Source: an uncultured Phycisphaerales bacterium (lineage in GTDB: Bacteria; Planctomycetota; Phycisphaerae; Tepidisphaerales; Tepidisphaeraceae). Taken from it: 64,000 nt of DNA. Numbering within the stretch: position 1 is the stretch's first letter; every line of letters begins with the position of its first letter. The translations under genes were made by a program, and so were the position numbers. Of this stretch, positions 31,380-44,196 are shown piece after piece. The notes beneath the pieces are model-generated. The model was not told where the DNA came from. It made no database searches and saw only the letters and a list, made by a program, of their open reading frames with translations. The stretch is from the NCBI GenBank assembly GCA_963758525.1, contig CAVWVQ010000002.1, forward strand, positions 384,001 to 448,000, read 5' to 3'.

Positions 31380-31405
31380 GGCTGGTGCAGCTCACGATAA
31401 CAGCT

Positions 31406-31813
31406 TCAGACAGCCAACGCCGCGTCGGCGGCAGCCGCGGCATCATCGGCGTAGAGCTCGCCTTCATGACCGCTTGCAATGCCGAAGATCCCAAAGCGAT
31501 ATCCAGGCTTGCCGTCGTCACGAAGCACCACGTGAATTTCCGCAACCGCGGTCTTTTCTCGCTGCACCGTTACCACCACGTACGCGGGGTCAGGCGCTTC
31601 CAGTTCCACGGCATATCGCGGGTTCAGGCGCAGGATTCTCTTTGCCGCGTCCTTCAACATTGCGATCTCAATCCCCGGATCGAAGTCGGGATGGGCAGGC
31701 CCCGCCGGGGCTTCCCAAGTATCTGGATTTCGCGCGTCCATCAGCTTTTCCAAGTGTGCTCCCATACTGTTCAAAACGAACAAGCCGCATAGCTTACTCG
31801 ATAATTCAGCCAA
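31406..31813 (-). CDS. Hypothetical protein
   Basis: Fills the gap between DUF1802 and the dehydrogenase on the same strand; start uncertain. Confidence 0.5.
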   Translation of the reverse strand: MAELSSKLCGLFVLNSMGAHLEKLMDARNPDTWEAPAGPAHPDFDPGIEIAMLKDAAKRILRLNPRYAVELEAPDPAYVVVTVQREKTAVAEIHVVLRDDGKPGYRFGIFGIASGHEGELYADDAAAAADAALAV

Positions 31814-32372
31814 CCGCAGTCAGAATTCCGTTCCGACGCGCGGCATAGCGCGTGTCGTCGAGCACTGCTTCTGATCCATCACAGGGAATCACCCGCTCCA
31901 ACGGCACCCAGCTTTTGCACCCGGCGTAAGCGGGCGTGTTAGGCGTCACAAAAGACTGGCTGAGCCGATAGGCGCGTACGAGCAACAGGTACAGCGGATT
32001 CCACGGGCGATAATTGAATCGCATGTCGATCAGCGGATCGGCCCAGACGTGCTCGGCATCGATCGCCCGCATCTGAGCGCGGGAGTGTAGTCGCACGATA
32101 TCGGTGACTTCGCCGGCCTGGGCGATCGTGATCGTTGACGGCTCCTGCGTTTGCGGCTCGACGCCGGCCGCTGCGCCCGGCTTGAGCATCTGCGCATTTT
32201 GATGGAGGTAGGTTGGGAAGAGAAGAAACTGCGGGTGCTCGAGTTCGAACCCCCCTGCCGCTTCCTGGATGCCGCCCTTGCGCAGGAGAATGATCTGCCG
32301 GCCCGAATCGAGGGCGTCACAGACAACGGCCCATTCCTTCAGAGCGACTTGCAATGATACGGGTAACGCCAT
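31806..32372 (-). CDS. DUF1802 family protein
   Basis: ALKEWAVVCDAL..G.Q..LLRKGGI.E, FLLFPTY.HQ, YAGCKSWV. Confidence 0.9.
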   Translation of the reverse strand: MALPVSLQVALKEWAVVCDALDSGRQIILLRKGGIQEAAGGFELEHPQFLLFPTYLHQNAQMLKPGAAAGVEPQTQEPSTITIAQAGEVTDIVRLHSRAQMRAIDAEHVWADPLIDMRFNYRPWNPLYLLLVRAYRLSQSFVTPNTPAYAGCKSWVPLERVIPCDGSEAVLDDTRYAARRNGILTAVG

Positions 32373-32459
32373 TTCCCAAGCTCCAGATCCAACGCTCCGC
32401 GCCTTCGATTCTCACAACTTCTTCGCCGCGCCGAGGTTGCGTTGTTATACTTTTAATCG

Positions 32460-33089
32460 ATGTTTGGCGATGGATCACTGAGTTTGAGGGAATTCGCGAT
32501 GCGAGAGCCGCTGCCGCTGGCCACGATTCATGATGCGTTGCTGGAGTTTCTTCGAGGTCGGGATGATGCCGTCTTGTTCGGCGCCCATGCGGTCAATGCG
32601 TACGTTGAAGAGCCTCGAATGACGCAAGACGTCGATCTTCTTTCGACGCGGGCGGCAGATCTCGCCGAGGAAGTGCGGTCGTTTCTGGCGCAGCGATTCA
32701 CGATCGCCGTGAGGGTGCGAGTCGTAGCGCATGGGAACGGTTTTCGCATTTTTCAATTGCGACAGCCCAAGAATCGGCATCTGGCGGACGTTCGGCAGGT
32801 CGCGGCGCTCCCGCCCCGCCAGCGGGTAATGGACGTATCCGTACCGCTTGTTGAAGAATTGATCGCCCAAAAAATCATCAGTTACACGAACCGGCAAGAG
32901 AAGCCCAAGGGCGATACGGATCGGCGCGATCTCAAGGTGCTGCTGCTCGCCTACCCGATGCTCAAGACCGAAGCCGGCCCGGTCGCGGACCGGCTTCGCG
33001 AAGACAACGCGGATCGCCGCGCGTTCGAAGAATGGCGCCGGTTGGTCGTGTCCAGGATTGTTCCCGAGGATGATCAGGACGGATATTGA
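32460..33089 (+). CDS. Stand-alone nucleotidyltransferase-fold protein (AbiEii-like)
   Basis: LFGAHAVNAY, PRMTQDVD, LIAQK...R..PK..D..DL. Confidence 0.75.
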   Translation: MFGDGSLSLREFAMREPLPLATIHDALLEFLRGRDDAVLFGAHAVNAYVEEPRMTQDVDLLSTRAADLAEEVRSFLAQRFTIAVRVRVVAHGNGFRIFQLRQPKNRHLADVRQVAALPPRQRVMDVSVPLVEELIAQKIISYTNRQEKPKGDTDRRDLKVLLLAYPMLKTEAGPVADRLREDNADRRAFEEWRRLVVSRIVPEDDQDGY

Positions 33090-33092
33090 GTG

Positions 33093-34100
33093 CTACTGCG
33101 GATTCGCAGGCGGGTGCAGCGTCGTCCAAAGCCGCTCGAGCAGCGGATCGAGCCCGGCATGGCTCGCGCCGGAGATGGGGAATATCTCCCGGCCGGGAAG
33201 CGCCTTGCGCAGCTTGGCCAATGCCGCGCCGTCGTCGGTGGCCAGGTCCATTTTGTTGGCGGCGATGAGTTCGGTTTTTTCCGTGAGCACCGTGCTGAAT
33301 GACTCGATCTCCTTGCGAACGGTGCGATAGTTCGCGGCGGGATCGGAGCCATCGGCGGGAAACATGTCGAGCATGTGAACGATTACTTTGGTGCGCTCGA
33401 TGTGCTTGAGGAACGCGTGACCGAGGCCGGTGCCATGCCGCGCGCCTTCGATGAGGCCGGGAATATCCGCGACGACCAATCGGCGATCGCCGATCAGCTC
33501 GGCGATGCCAAGCTGCGGATCGAGCGTGGTAAACGGATAATCGGCGACCTTTGGCCGGGCCTTGGAAATGGCGCGAAGCAGCGTGCTCTTCCCGGCGTTT
33601 GGCATGCCGACAAGACCGACATCGGCAATGAGTTTCAATTCGAGTCGCAGCCGGCGTTCCTGCCCGTCGGTGCCTGGCTCGGCGAAGCGAGGGGCCTGAT
33701 TCACCGAAGTCTTGAAGTGCCAGTTGCCCCGCCCGCCCTTCCCGCCCCGGGCCACGACGATTTTTTTCCCCAGCGTCGTGAGGTCCGCGATGAGAATGTC
33801 CTGATCCGCGTCATATACCAGCGTGCCGGCAGGAACCGGAATCACCAGATCCTCGCCCCCAACGCCGGCCATTTTCTTGCCCATGCCCGCCTCGCCGCGC
33901 GGGGCGTTCCAGTGATGCCTGCCGGAAAAGTCGAGGAGCGTGTCTTTGCTGGAATCGGCGACCATGATCACGCTGCCGCCGTCGCCCCCGTCGCCACCCT
34001 CGGGACCGCCTTTGGGGACGAACTTTTCGCGCCGGAAGGAGACGCACCCGGCCCCGCCGTCGCCCGCTTTAACCTGAATGACGGCTTCGTCGACGAACAT
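33093..34100 (-). CDS. obgE: GTPase ObgE/CgtA
   Basis: [41 protein letters not shown]. Confidence 0.98.
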   Translation of the reverse strand: MFVDEAVIQVKAGDGGAGCVSFRREKFVPKGGPEGGDGGDGGSVIMVADSSKDTLLDFSGRHHWNAPRGEAGMGKKMAGVGGEDLVIPVPAGTLVYDADQDILIADLTTLGKKIVVARGGKGGRGNWHFKTSVNQAPRFAEPGTDGQERRLRLELKLIADVGLVGMPNAGKSTLLRAISKARPKVADYPFTTLDPQLGIAELIGDRRLVVADIPGLIEGARHGTGLGHAFLKHIERTKVIVHMLDMFPADGSDPAANYRTVRKEIESFSTVLTEKTELIAANKMDLATDDGAALAKLRKALPGREIFPISGASHAGLDPLLERLWTTLHPPANPQ

Positions 34101-34277
34101 TGTGGAGGAAGGCACGAAGGGACAGAGGCACTAAGGCACGAAGGGAAGGAAGGGGCGGAGGCTAAAGGGAGGAGCGACGGGACGAACGAATCAACAGCTT
34201 CCTGTCGCCTGCGTCCTCCCCTTCGTGCCGCAGCTTAGTCGCCGTGGCGACTGCCTCTGTGCCTTCGTGCCTTCTTC

Positions 34278-34517
34278 TTACGCTGTCCGCACATGAATCT
34301 TTCGGCCCTGGAACTCGACCTTTCCGTCCTTGAGCGCGAAAAGCGTGTAATCGCCGCCCTCCCCGACATTGAATCCGGCGTGAAACTTGTTGCCGCATTG
34401 GCGGACGATGATGGAGCCGGCGGTGACCGCCTGCCCACCGTAGGCTTTCACGCCACGATATTGCGGGTTGCTGTCCCGACCGTTCTTCGTGCTTCCTTGA
34501 CCCTTCTTATGTGCCAT
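34278..34517 (-). CDS. rpmA: 50S ribosomal protein L27
   Basis: [16 protein letters not shown]...IIVRQ. Confidence 0.98.
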   Translation of the reverse strand: MAHKKGQGSTKNGRDSNPQYRGVKAYGGQAVTAGSIIVRQCGNKFHAGFNVGEGGDYTLFALKDGKVEFQGRKIHVRTA

Positions 34518-34863
34518 ACGTCACCGCCTCAATCATCAATGCAGATCCGCCGTGCCAGAAAATCAACCCGCCACAGTCGGCGGGGCGTGGAAAGTTACCG
34601 CGCTTGCCCTCAAATGACAAGGACGCTCGCGGAAAACCCGAATGACGAAACCAGAAACCAGAATCAAGTCCGAATGACTGAATGACTAAATGACGTGCCG
34701 TTCGTACCTTTGTGTCACGTGCTGATTCGACGCATATTAGAGCGAGCTAGGTCTTGGCGAATGTCGGGGGTTGGTGTTCGAACTTCGCTTGTTTATTCGT
34801 CGTTCTGGTTTCGGGCTTGATTCGTCATTCTGGTTTCGGAATTCGGGTTTCCGCCCCCGCGGC

Positions 34864-35508
34864 CTATCGCATCACCCATCGCTCGTCCTTGGCATGCACC
34901 TCATCCTTGTCCGGGTAGAGTTCGTCGCCATAGATGGAAAAATCCATCTCCAAGGTTTTGTGAAGAAACATCGGGTTGCCGTCGGCATCAAGCTGCGGCT
35001 TTCCGTCGGCGTCCTTCAACTCGACGGCCTCGCCACTGAGACCTTCGACGAAGATCTGGAAATTTCCCATCCGCGATGCCGGCTCCTGCCAGATCGCTAC
35101 GCCATCTTTCGACTGGTCCTCTCCGATTCGAATCGGTCCGGAGATTCCCGGCATCCGCTCCAGCAGATTGTTCCCTTCGGCAGACTTTATTTTCTCGAAG
35201 ACTTTGTCGGGAATGGCAAAGTCGCTGCCGATCACCTTCCCGTCGCTGGTCACCATTTCAAAAGTCGGCAGAAACTGTTGCTCGGTGTCGGTGAGATTGG
35301 CGACGTTATAGGTGATGTACCAGTACGCGACGGCCCCTTTATCGGGGAGATTGACGACAACGCGCTTGGGGATTGAGTGGTGAAACTTCAGTTCCCAGGA
35401 GATCGGATACTTGCTGGGCTCGGGGAACGTTCCGCCCTGAACCGCCGCCCCGCCAAAGGCCAGGACGCACGCGATCAGGAGCCGATAGCCAGGGAAAATT
35501 GCTCGCAT
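34864..35508 (-). CDS. Secreted conserved hypothetical protein
   Basis: Signal peptide, YWYITYNVAN, IFVEGLS, ERWVMR; host-like codon usage. Confidence 0.75.
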   Translation of the reverse strand: MRAIFPGYRLLIACVLAFGGAAVQGGTFPEPSKYPISWELKFHHSIPKRVVVNLPDKGAVAYWYITYNVANLTDTEQQFLPTFEMVTSDGKVIGSDFAIPDKVFEKIKSAEGNNLLERMPGISGPIRIGEDQSKDGVAIWQEPASRMGNFQIFVEGLSGEAVELKDADGKPQLDADGNPMFLHKTLEMDFSIYGDELYPDKDEVHAKDERWVMR

Positions 35509-35605
35509 AGAAACCTGCCAGTGGTGTGAAACCCGTTGGAGCGATACAGCGATGGCGGCAACAGCGACTTTCCCCCTCGTGTCGGATGGGCTAATGTTAT
35601 AGATC

Positions 35606-36582
35606 GTGGGCGAAGTGTCAAATTTTCTCGCGAAATCACACCAATCCCCGGCGGCGCGCCAATTCGACTGCCATCTCGCGTCCGACGCTCAGCGACACGA
35701 AGGGTTGCGGCTGCTGCTATCGGCCGGCGGACGGCTGGCGGACGACGGGCAGATCGAGCAGTTCGTGCGCTTCGCGCGGCAGCGAAAAATCAACCTCGCG
35801 AATCTCTGGATCGCCTGCGAAGGCCAGCGCCTCGTCTGGGCATTGCTGCCGATCATCAACCCCGGGAAAACGGCGCTGCTCTTCACGCCCGCCGACCGGT
35901 TTGACGCCGCCGCGGCCGACCCGCTTTTGGAAGCAGCCGCCCAATGGGGAGCGAACCACGGCGTGCATCTGTACCAGCTCCTGCTGGACCCCGCCCTGGC
36001 AAGCGCCGGGAGGTGTTCGAGCGCCGGCAATTTCAAGTGGTCGCCGAGTTGCATTACCTGCAATCGCCCGTGCGGGCGCGGGAGATCATGCCGCAACTGG
36101 GCCTCGGTATGGCATGGGAACTGTATTCGAACGAGTCGCATGCCCGGTTTGCAGCCACAATATCCGCCAGCTACCGCCAGAGCCTGGATTGTCCGACGCT
36201 GGCCGGCATGCGCAGCATCGACGACGTCATTGCCGGCCACAAAGCCAGCGGCGAGTTCGATCCGCGCTACTGGTTCTTGCTGCGGCTCCACGCACAACCC
36301 GCCGCGGTGCTGCTGCTCAATCGCGTCGCGGGGGCCGACGCCGCGGAACTGACATATCTCGGCGTCGCGCCCGAGGCGCGCCGCTGCGGGCTTGGGAATC
36401 TGCTGGTGCGCCAAGCACTCGCGGCGGCGTCGACCATGCAAGTCAAGAGCATCACCCTCGCTGTCGACGCGGCCAACGCGCCTGCATTGCGGCTCTACTT
36501 CCGCCACGGATTCAAGCATGTGACCGGCAAATTGGCGCTCATTCGCGACCTGCGGGGCGCGAGTTGCAGTCAAAAAGTTTGA
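35606..36582 (+). CDS. Two-domain GNAT acetyltransferase, frameshifted at ~36007
   Basis: C-terminal ELTYLGVAPEARRCGLG...LAVDAANAPALRLY.RHGF. The N-terminal half is in the 35606 frame up to LLDPALASA. Confidence 0.75.
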
Positions 36583-36587
36583 GAGGA

Positions 36588-36895
36588 GGGTTCTCCACAG
36601 GCAACGATGAGGGCATCGCAATGCTTGGGGCGGGACCCGCCATGAAACATAGTTCGCGCATTATTGGACAGACCGCGCAGCCGCGAAAAAAAACTTTGTG
36701 CGACGGGCCGATTGTGGACGGTCCTGTAATGCAGTGGACGGCGCGTGGATAAAAGAATTTTCGCGGGCAGATGGAGCGTTGAAGCACGGTCTTTAGGCGG
36801 CTGGGGAAAAGAAATCCGATAAAGACGCCCTTGCCAGCATTGACGGCGGTCACTATGTTCTGCACCTGTTCACGGATGATTCGGATCGGATAAAG
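36588..36895. promoter_or_regulatory. DnaA-box cluster upstream of dnaA (autoregulatory site or oriC candidate)
   Basis: TTCTCCACA at 36591-36599 and TTATCCACG (minus strand) at 36744-36752, each with one mismatch; weaker TGTGGAC and AGTGGAC boxes at 36713 and 36733. Confidence 0.6.
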
Positions 36896-37162
36896 GAAAT
36901 GGGTTGGCCCGGGCAAAGGCCAAGACTATCCGATCGTCAGCACATATCGCACGGAAGCGTTTCACGGAAGACAACTCAGGCACGAGGCCTTGGGAGCATA
37001 AGGTTCTCGCCGCACCGGCAATTTTTGCCTGCGGTGGGTTTCTCCGCGCCGTTGCACGGCCGCGGGGAGGCAGGGAGTATGCACGCGTCTGCGATCGTCG
37101 CCCGTTGGGGACGGGGCGTGGCGCGGGGACAGAAGAGTCTTCGCCTTGGGAAGGAGCGCGAA

Positions 37163-38686
37163 GTGAGCTGTGTCAGCGCAAACGATCTGCAACTTGCTCG
37201 ACTGGCAGATGCCATCGCACAACGTGTCGGACAACAACGATTTCATGTCTGGTTCAACAACTCCACTCGGCTGGACCTGCGTCAGGACGGCCTGGAGATA
37301 GCCGTTCCCAACGATTTCATCAGTGAGTGGATCGGCCGCAACTTCACCCGGCCCATTCAGGAAGCGACAACCGAAGTGCTCGGCTGCGCCCTGCCGCTGC
37401 GCTTCAGCGTAGTGCCGGAGCTTTTCGAAATCGGCGCTGACGCGGATAAAGCGCCGTCGCAATCGCCACGAAGCGCCAAGTCTTCCGATCCAATCGTGCC
37501 CGCGGCAATGATTCCGTCGCACGTGGCTGACGGATCGGGAGCGGCAACCAGCCGCGCGATTCCCATTCTCGGCGAGCCGGGACGCGGGCCCGCGCCGCTG
37601 GCGAGCAGCGCCGGATTCTCGTCCAAGTCCCGTCTGCGCCACAACGTTGACAGTTTCATCGTCGGCTCCGGAAATCAGCTCGCTTACAACACCGCGCTCT
37701 ACGTCGCCGAATTTCCCGGCGCCCAGTACAACCCGCTGTTCATTCACGGAAACTGCGGCCTCGGCAAAACGCACCTTCTGCAGGGACTCTGCCACAAGTT
37801 CATCGTCAATCATCCCACCAAGCGATGGATGTATCTCACCGGCGAAGAGTTCACCAACGAGTTTCTAACCGCGCTGCGAACCAATAAGCTGGATGTGTTT
37901 CGTCGCCGCGTTCGCGATCTGGATCTGCTGGTCATCGACGACGTCCATTTCCTCGGCGGGAAAAAAGCCACGCAGGAAGAGTTCCTCCATACCTTCAACG
38001 CGATTGAGGCCCTGGGCCGCCAGGTGGTGATGGCCAGTGACGACCACCCGAAACTGATCGAAGAATTCGGCGAATCGCTGGTGAATCGCTTCGTCAGCGG
38101 CATGGTCGTTCGCATCGATCCGCCCAATTACGCCACACGCTGCCAGATTCTGTCGGCTCTCGCCGGCCGCATGGGCGTCAATCTGTCGGAAGAAGTGATT
38201 GCGTGGGTTGCTCGACGGGTGACTCAAAACGTTCGCGAGCTCGAGGGAGCGATCACCCGGATCGCGGCGCAGGTCCGCCTGACGCACCGCGACGCGGACG
38301 TCGCCACCGCGCAATCGGCGCTGGGCGATCTGGATCGACAACTTGTGGCTCCCGTGCCTCCCGAAAACGTTCTTCAGTCCGTCTGCGACTACTTCGGGCT
38401 GGAGCACAAGGATCTGATGTCGGGCCGTCGTCAGCGCACGATCAGCCTGGCAAGAAGCGTCGCCATGTTCCTGGTGCGAAAGACCGCCAAGCTCAGCTTC
38501 CCCGAAATCGGAGTGCGCATGGGCAAGCGAAATCACAGCACCGTGATCAGCGCGTGTCGGCGAATCGAGCGTGCGGTGGTCCGAAACGAATCGCTGTTGT
38601 GGACCAGTTCGGTAGGCGAGCGCCAGGAAGAAGCGGCGGAATTGCTGCAGAGGTTGGAAGAGCAGAGCAGAGCCGCCAGAGCATAG
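37163..38686 (+). CDS. dnaA: Chromosomal replication initiator DnaA
   Basis: VPNDF..EWI, YNPLFIHGNCGLGKTHL, DLLVIDDVHFL, TQEEFLHTFN, NVRELEGA, SFPEIG...HSTVI. The GTG start is inferred. Confidence 0.96.
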   Translation: MSCVSANDLQLARLADAIAQRVGQQRFHVWFNNSTRLDLRQDGLEIAVPNDFISEWIGRNFTRPIQEATTEVLGCALPLRFSVVPELFEIGADADKAPSQSPRSAKSSDPIVPAAMIPSHVADGSGAATSRAIPILGEPGRGPAPLASSAGFSSKSRLRHNVDSFIVGSGNQLAYNTALYVAEFPGAQYNPLFIHGNCGLGKTHLLQGLCHKFIVNHPTKRWMYLTGEEFTNEFLTALRTNKLDVFRRRVRDLDLLVIDDVHFLGGKKATQEEFLHTFNAIEALGRQVVMASDDHPKLIEEFGESLVNRFVSGMVVRIDPPNYATRCQILSALAGRMGVNLSEEVIAWVARRVTQNVRELEGAITRIAAQVRLTHRDADVATAQSALGDLDRQLVAPVPPENVLQSVCDYFGLEHKDLMSGRRQRTISLARSVAMFLVRKTAKLSFPEIGVRMGKRNHSTVISACRRIERAVVRNESLLWTSSVGERQEEAAELLQRLEEQSRAARA

Positions 38687-38762
38687 CCCCTCCTGCGTTA
38701 TCGCGCACTGCGCCGGACGCGGCCGGATTGCTTCGCCCTCAGAGCCGAGTAAAATTTTGGGG

Positions 38763-38993
38763 ATGGACGAAGAAATCGCCGAGCAATTTGGGCAGCGCGA
38801 TCGGATGCGAAAGAAGCTGACGGCCCGCGAGACGTATTCGGATCGCATGCAAAAGATGGCAGTTCTTCAGGAAGCCACCTTGAAGGCGCTGCAAGCGTCA
38901 CCGACGGGGTGGGCTCATTTCCTGCGTCGTAACTTCAGAGCGCGCGCGATCGACGTCGCAAATCCCGATGCCGCCCGACATCCAAATTCTTGA
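38763..38993 (+). CDS. Small hypothetical protein, possibly a TA-module remnant
   Basis: Short helical ORF directly after dnaA and followed by a REP doublet. Confidence 0.4.
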   Translation: MDEEIAEQFGQRDRMRKKLTARETYSDRMQKMAVLQEATLKALQASPTGWAHFLRRNFRARAIDVANPDAARHPNS

Positions 38994-39102
38994 TAATCTT
39001 CCGCAATGAATTCGGGACAACCGCAGCGACGGTTTGCCTTTTGGGTCCCGCGCACAAATGACTTGCCCAAATAATTTCGAAGTCAGCAGAGGGCGATTCC
39101 CC

Positions 39103-39157
39103 GTAGCACGGCCGTTTCGGCTGTGATTTCGAGCCACAGCCGAGACGGCCGTACTAC
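39103..39157. repeat. GTAG-type REP doublet, family C
   Basis: GTAGCACGGCCGTTTCGGCTGTG...CACAGCCGAGACGGCCGTACTAC. Confidence 0.82.
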
Positions 39158-39215
39158 GCGATTGCGTGCGGGAGCACTTAGAGCTTCTGCCGCATCCCTG
39201 ATCCCGGGCTCCCTC

Positions 39216-39626
39216 CTACACCACGACCGTGACAATTACAGACCGTCGTCTCGGCCGCGTATCAAAATCGATAAGCACAACCTGTTGGAAATTTCCCGTC
39301 AGAAGTTTTCCATCGGCAAAGGGGACGTTGACGCTTGCGCCGATCAGCATCGCCCGCAAGTGGCTGTGGCCGTTGTCGTCGTTCCATGTGGATTCGTGCT
39401 GATAGCGGGCGTCGTCGGGAATCAGGCGCTGCAGCAGCGCAGGGATGTCATGCTTCACGAGGCCCGGTTCGTACTCAATTGTCGTTAGCCCGGCAGTGCT
39501 GCCAACCACGAAGAGCATGAGCACGCCCGATCCCCGAATGCCCTTGAGCCGCTCCAGCAGATGCGGTTCGAGATTAATGGCCTGATTGCTGCCATCGGTG
39601 TCGATGTCAAGTGTAAACCGCTGCAT
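39216..39626 (-). CDS. yjbQ: YjbQ/UPF0047 family protein
   Basis: GSTAGLTTIEYEPGL, NGHSHLRA, QQVVLIDFD.RPR.R. Confidence 0.9.
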   Translation of the reverse strand: MQRFTLDIDTDGSNQAINLEPHLLERLKGIRGSGVLMLFVVGSTAGLTTIEYEPGLVKHDIPALLQRLIPDDARYQHESTWNDDNGHSHLRAMLIGASVNVPFADGKLLTGNFQQVVLIDFDTRPRRRSVIVTVVV

Positions 39627-39985
39627 GGGCGGGGATTCTAGGGAACAACCGTCGCGGGGCAACAGACCGGGCGGCGATTGCGATCGGCCGCGACGGATGT
39701 CGAACGGAACTGACAGCGACCGCCCCAACATAGCCTCAAGCGCCGTGCAGTCTGTTTTCGATGTCCCTTCCTCAACCTTCGTCCAGAAGTTCACCCGTCG
39801 TGGCCGGTGCCTTCGCGCCTCTCCCAAACAATCCCCGCCCGGTTTATTTGACCCGCCCCCAAACCGGTGATATATTTCACCGCTTGGCCTGCCAAAAATG
39901 CGTATTAGTCGCGCAATATCAGCAGGTTATGATTCTTCCGCGGGAATCGCCGCGGGGTGGGACCACACAGGCGCAAGGACGGGCC

Positions 39986-41818
39986 GTGAGTACCTCCGGT
40001 TCAGGCAACGATTTTTTGTCGCAGGTCCTCTCCGCCGTCGACATCGTCGAGGTGATTGGACGCTCGGTCGCGCTGAAACGCCGCGGCAAGGAATTTGTCG
40101 GCCTCTGCCCGTTCCATCAGGAAAAGACGCCGTCGTTTTACGTCAGCCCCGCCAAGCAGATTTTTCACTGCTACGGTTGTAAGGCGGGACATAGCGTCAT
40201 CGACTTTGTCATGAAGCGCGATCGCATCGAGTTTATCGATGCGCTCAAGCTGCTCGGCGAACAGGCCGGGTTGGAAATGCCCAAGTACGGCGTCTCGAAA
40301 CAAAAATCGGGCGAACGGCAAGTGCTGCTGGACATGCACTCCGCCGCCTGTGCGTTCTTTGAAAAGTTGCTCTCTGATCCGCAGCAGGGTGAAGCCGCGC
40401 GGCAATATCTTGCAAAGCGGGGAATCAACCAGGATTCGATCCGGCGATTCCAGATTGGCTTTGCCGCCGATGCATGGGACGCTCTGTTGCGAGGGCCGGT
40501 GGGGAAAAAGTTCCCTCCGGCGCAATTGTCGCTCGGCGGACTTCTCAAGTCGCGCGACAATGGAAGGGGGTATTACGATACGTTTCGCAATCGCCTGATC
40601 TTTCCGATCCGCGACGAAAACAGCCGTGTGATCGCATTCGGCGGCAGGGAGATGCCTGGGAAGGAAAACCCGCCCAAGTATCTCAACAGCCCTGAAACGC
40701 CGCTGTTTTCCAAGAGCCGGGCGATTTTTGGCCTGGATCTGGCGCGACAGCGGATTGTCGAAACTCGGACGGTCGTTGTCGTCGAGGGATACACCGATGT
40801 GGTGATGGCTCACCAGTTCGGCGTGACCAATGTCGTGTCGCCATTAGGCACGGCGCTGACTGAACAACATGTGGGGCTCCTCCGGCGATTTGCCGACCGC
40901 ATCGTGCTGCTGTTCGATGCCGATGCCGCGGGCGAAACCGCTGTCGATAAAGCCGTCGCGCTGTTTCTCACGCAGCCGGTTGAAATCGCGATTGCGTCGA
41001 TGCCCCAGGGCGTCGACCCTGACGAATTTTTGCTCAGCCAGGGCGCCGAAGCGTTTGAAACGATGCTCCGCGGCGCGGCTGACGCCCTGACGTTTAAGTG
41101 GAAGCAATTGGAACGGACGTTTCGCGAGTCGGGCGACAGCCTGACAGCCCAGCAGCAGACGGTCGAGCGATATCTGGAAGTGTTGGCCGGGGCGCGTGGG
41201 AGCGGCCCGGTCGATTCCCTGCGATGGGGCGCGGCTCTGGCCCGGGTGAGCCGGCTGGCGGGGATTCCCGTCGAGGACCTGAATCGTCGATTCCGGAACG
41301 CTCCGGTGCGAAATAAGCCCCGTCCCGCGGCCAATCAGCCCGTTGCGGTGCAACCCGCCGCGCCGCGCCGCCCGCCAGCCCCCAGCGAGCGGGCCGCCAG
41401 ATGGGTTTTGGGCGTCCTGCTGCTTGAGCCGGGACGATGGCCCAACGTGCAGCGCGAACTGCAGCCGGAGGCTTTTGACGATCCGTCGCTCAGACGTTTG
41501 GCAGAGATGTATTGGAGTCATCAACGTGAGGAAGGTGAGCCGGTATTGAGTGAGTTCCTCGGTCTGCTGAAAGACCCGGACCTGGTGGAACTCGCCATTT
41601 CCTGCGTGGATGAAGTCGAAGAGCTTGCAGATCTGGATCTGACGCTCAGCGAGGCGCTGGTGCATTTGGGCCCGGTCCGCCAGGGACACGAAGAAAGACG
41701 AAAACTTATTGCTCAGTCGAAGCGTACAAGTGAAGAGGCGATGAGCGAACAGGACGAAGTTCTCCTGTTCGAGCGCCTCCAGGCCAGGACGCGTCAAGCG
41801 GACCCCTGGCGGGTATAA
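39986..41818 (+). CDS. dnaG: DNA primase
   Basis: CPFHQEKTPSF..CYGC, FRNRLIFPI, FGGR, PKYLNSPET, VEGYTDV, FDADAAG, DPD. The GTG start is inferred. Confidence 0.97.
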   Translation: MSTSGSGNDFLSQVLSAVDIVEVIGRSVALKRRGKEFVGLCPFHQEKTPSFYVSPAKQIFHCYGCKAGHSVIDFVMKRDRIEFIDALKLLGEQAGLEMPKYGVSKQKSGERQVLLDMHSAACAFFEKLLSDPQQGEAARQYLAKRGINQDSIRRFQIGFAADAWDALLRGPVGKKFPPAQLSLGGLLKSRDNGRGYYDTFRNRLIFPIRDENSRVIAFGGREMPGKENPPKYLNSPETPLFSKSRAIFGLDLARQRIVETRTVVVVEGYTDVVMAHQFGVTNVVSPLGTALTEQHVGLLRRFADRIVLLFDADAAGETAVDKAVALFLTQPVEIAIASMPQGVDPDEFLLSQGAEAFETMLRGAADALTFKWKQLERTFRESGDSLTAQQQTVERYLEVLAGARGSGPVDSLRWGAALARVSRLAGIPVEDLNRRFRNAPVRNKPRPAANQPVAVQPAAPRRPPAPSERAARWVLGVLLLEPGRWPNVQRELQPEAFDDPSLRRLAEMYWSHQREEGEPVLSEFLGLLKDPDLVELAISCVDEVEELADLDLTLSEALVHLGPVRQGHEERRKLIAQSKRTSEEAMSEQDEVLLFERLQARTRQADPWRV

Positions 41819-42091
41819 TAGAAGCAGAAGAATGGGAAGTTAGGCTTTTTTGCAAGATTTGCGGGCCGGTGACTGGATTGGCCGTACGAAGGCGTACGCG
41901 TCGAAGCATTCGACAATCCGCAGTTTCGGTCCAAGAATTGACAATTCGATATTCCGGTGCGCGGCGCTCGCGTTACAGGGATCGGGAATGCCCCCGAGTT
42001 CCTTGGCCCGATTCGCACATCGGCTGATAGCCCGCGGGGTTGCCGCGGTGAGTCCCGTGATTGAGTCGCGGGAGATTGTTCGGACGCCAGT

Positions 42092-43833
<1,742 letters not shown>

Positions 43834-43947
43834 TTCGATTCGACAATTTGAGAATTCACGAGCGCGACCGATTGCCGGCCGCGCTCGTGTTGTTTCTTCG
43901 CCTGGTCAAGGAGGATTTTTTCGCAGCCGGAAGCTAAAATTCGATGC

Positions 43948-44163
43948 ATGATCGATCCTTCGGACATTCAGGAATTGTTGGAAAAGGACCCTTTCTCGTC
44001 CTTCCGTATCCGTATGTCGGACGGAAAATTCTACGACATCGCCGACGCAAGTCTTGTTGTCGCGATGGAGAACAGCCTGTTCATGGCTTTTCCAAAACGC
44101 GATCGCTGGAAGATTCTCTCATATCAGAATATGACGAGCATTGAGGTACCAGCACCCGCGTAA
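43948..44163 (+). CDS. Small hypothetical protein (PF..FRI.MSDG..Y.I type)
   Basis: 71-aa ORF with an adjacent paralogue. Confidence 0.7.
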   Translation: MIDPSDIQELLEKDPFSSFRIRMSDGKFYDIADASLVVAMENSLFMAFPKRDRWKILSYQNMTSIEVPAPA

Positions 44164-44196
44164 CAGTTTTACGCGAAGGGAATCGGAAGCGTTTAA

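Noticed and set aside
36899..37162. N-terminal extensions on DnaA, and similarly DnaG 39761-39985, YjbQ, PldA and the kinase
   Set aside because: The ORF track takes the first possible start. Family-like sequence begins further downstream.
41819..42091. ncRNA in the dnaG-rpoD intergenic region
   Set aside because: I found no recognisable motif or convincing long stems; it is more likely the rpoD promoter and leader.
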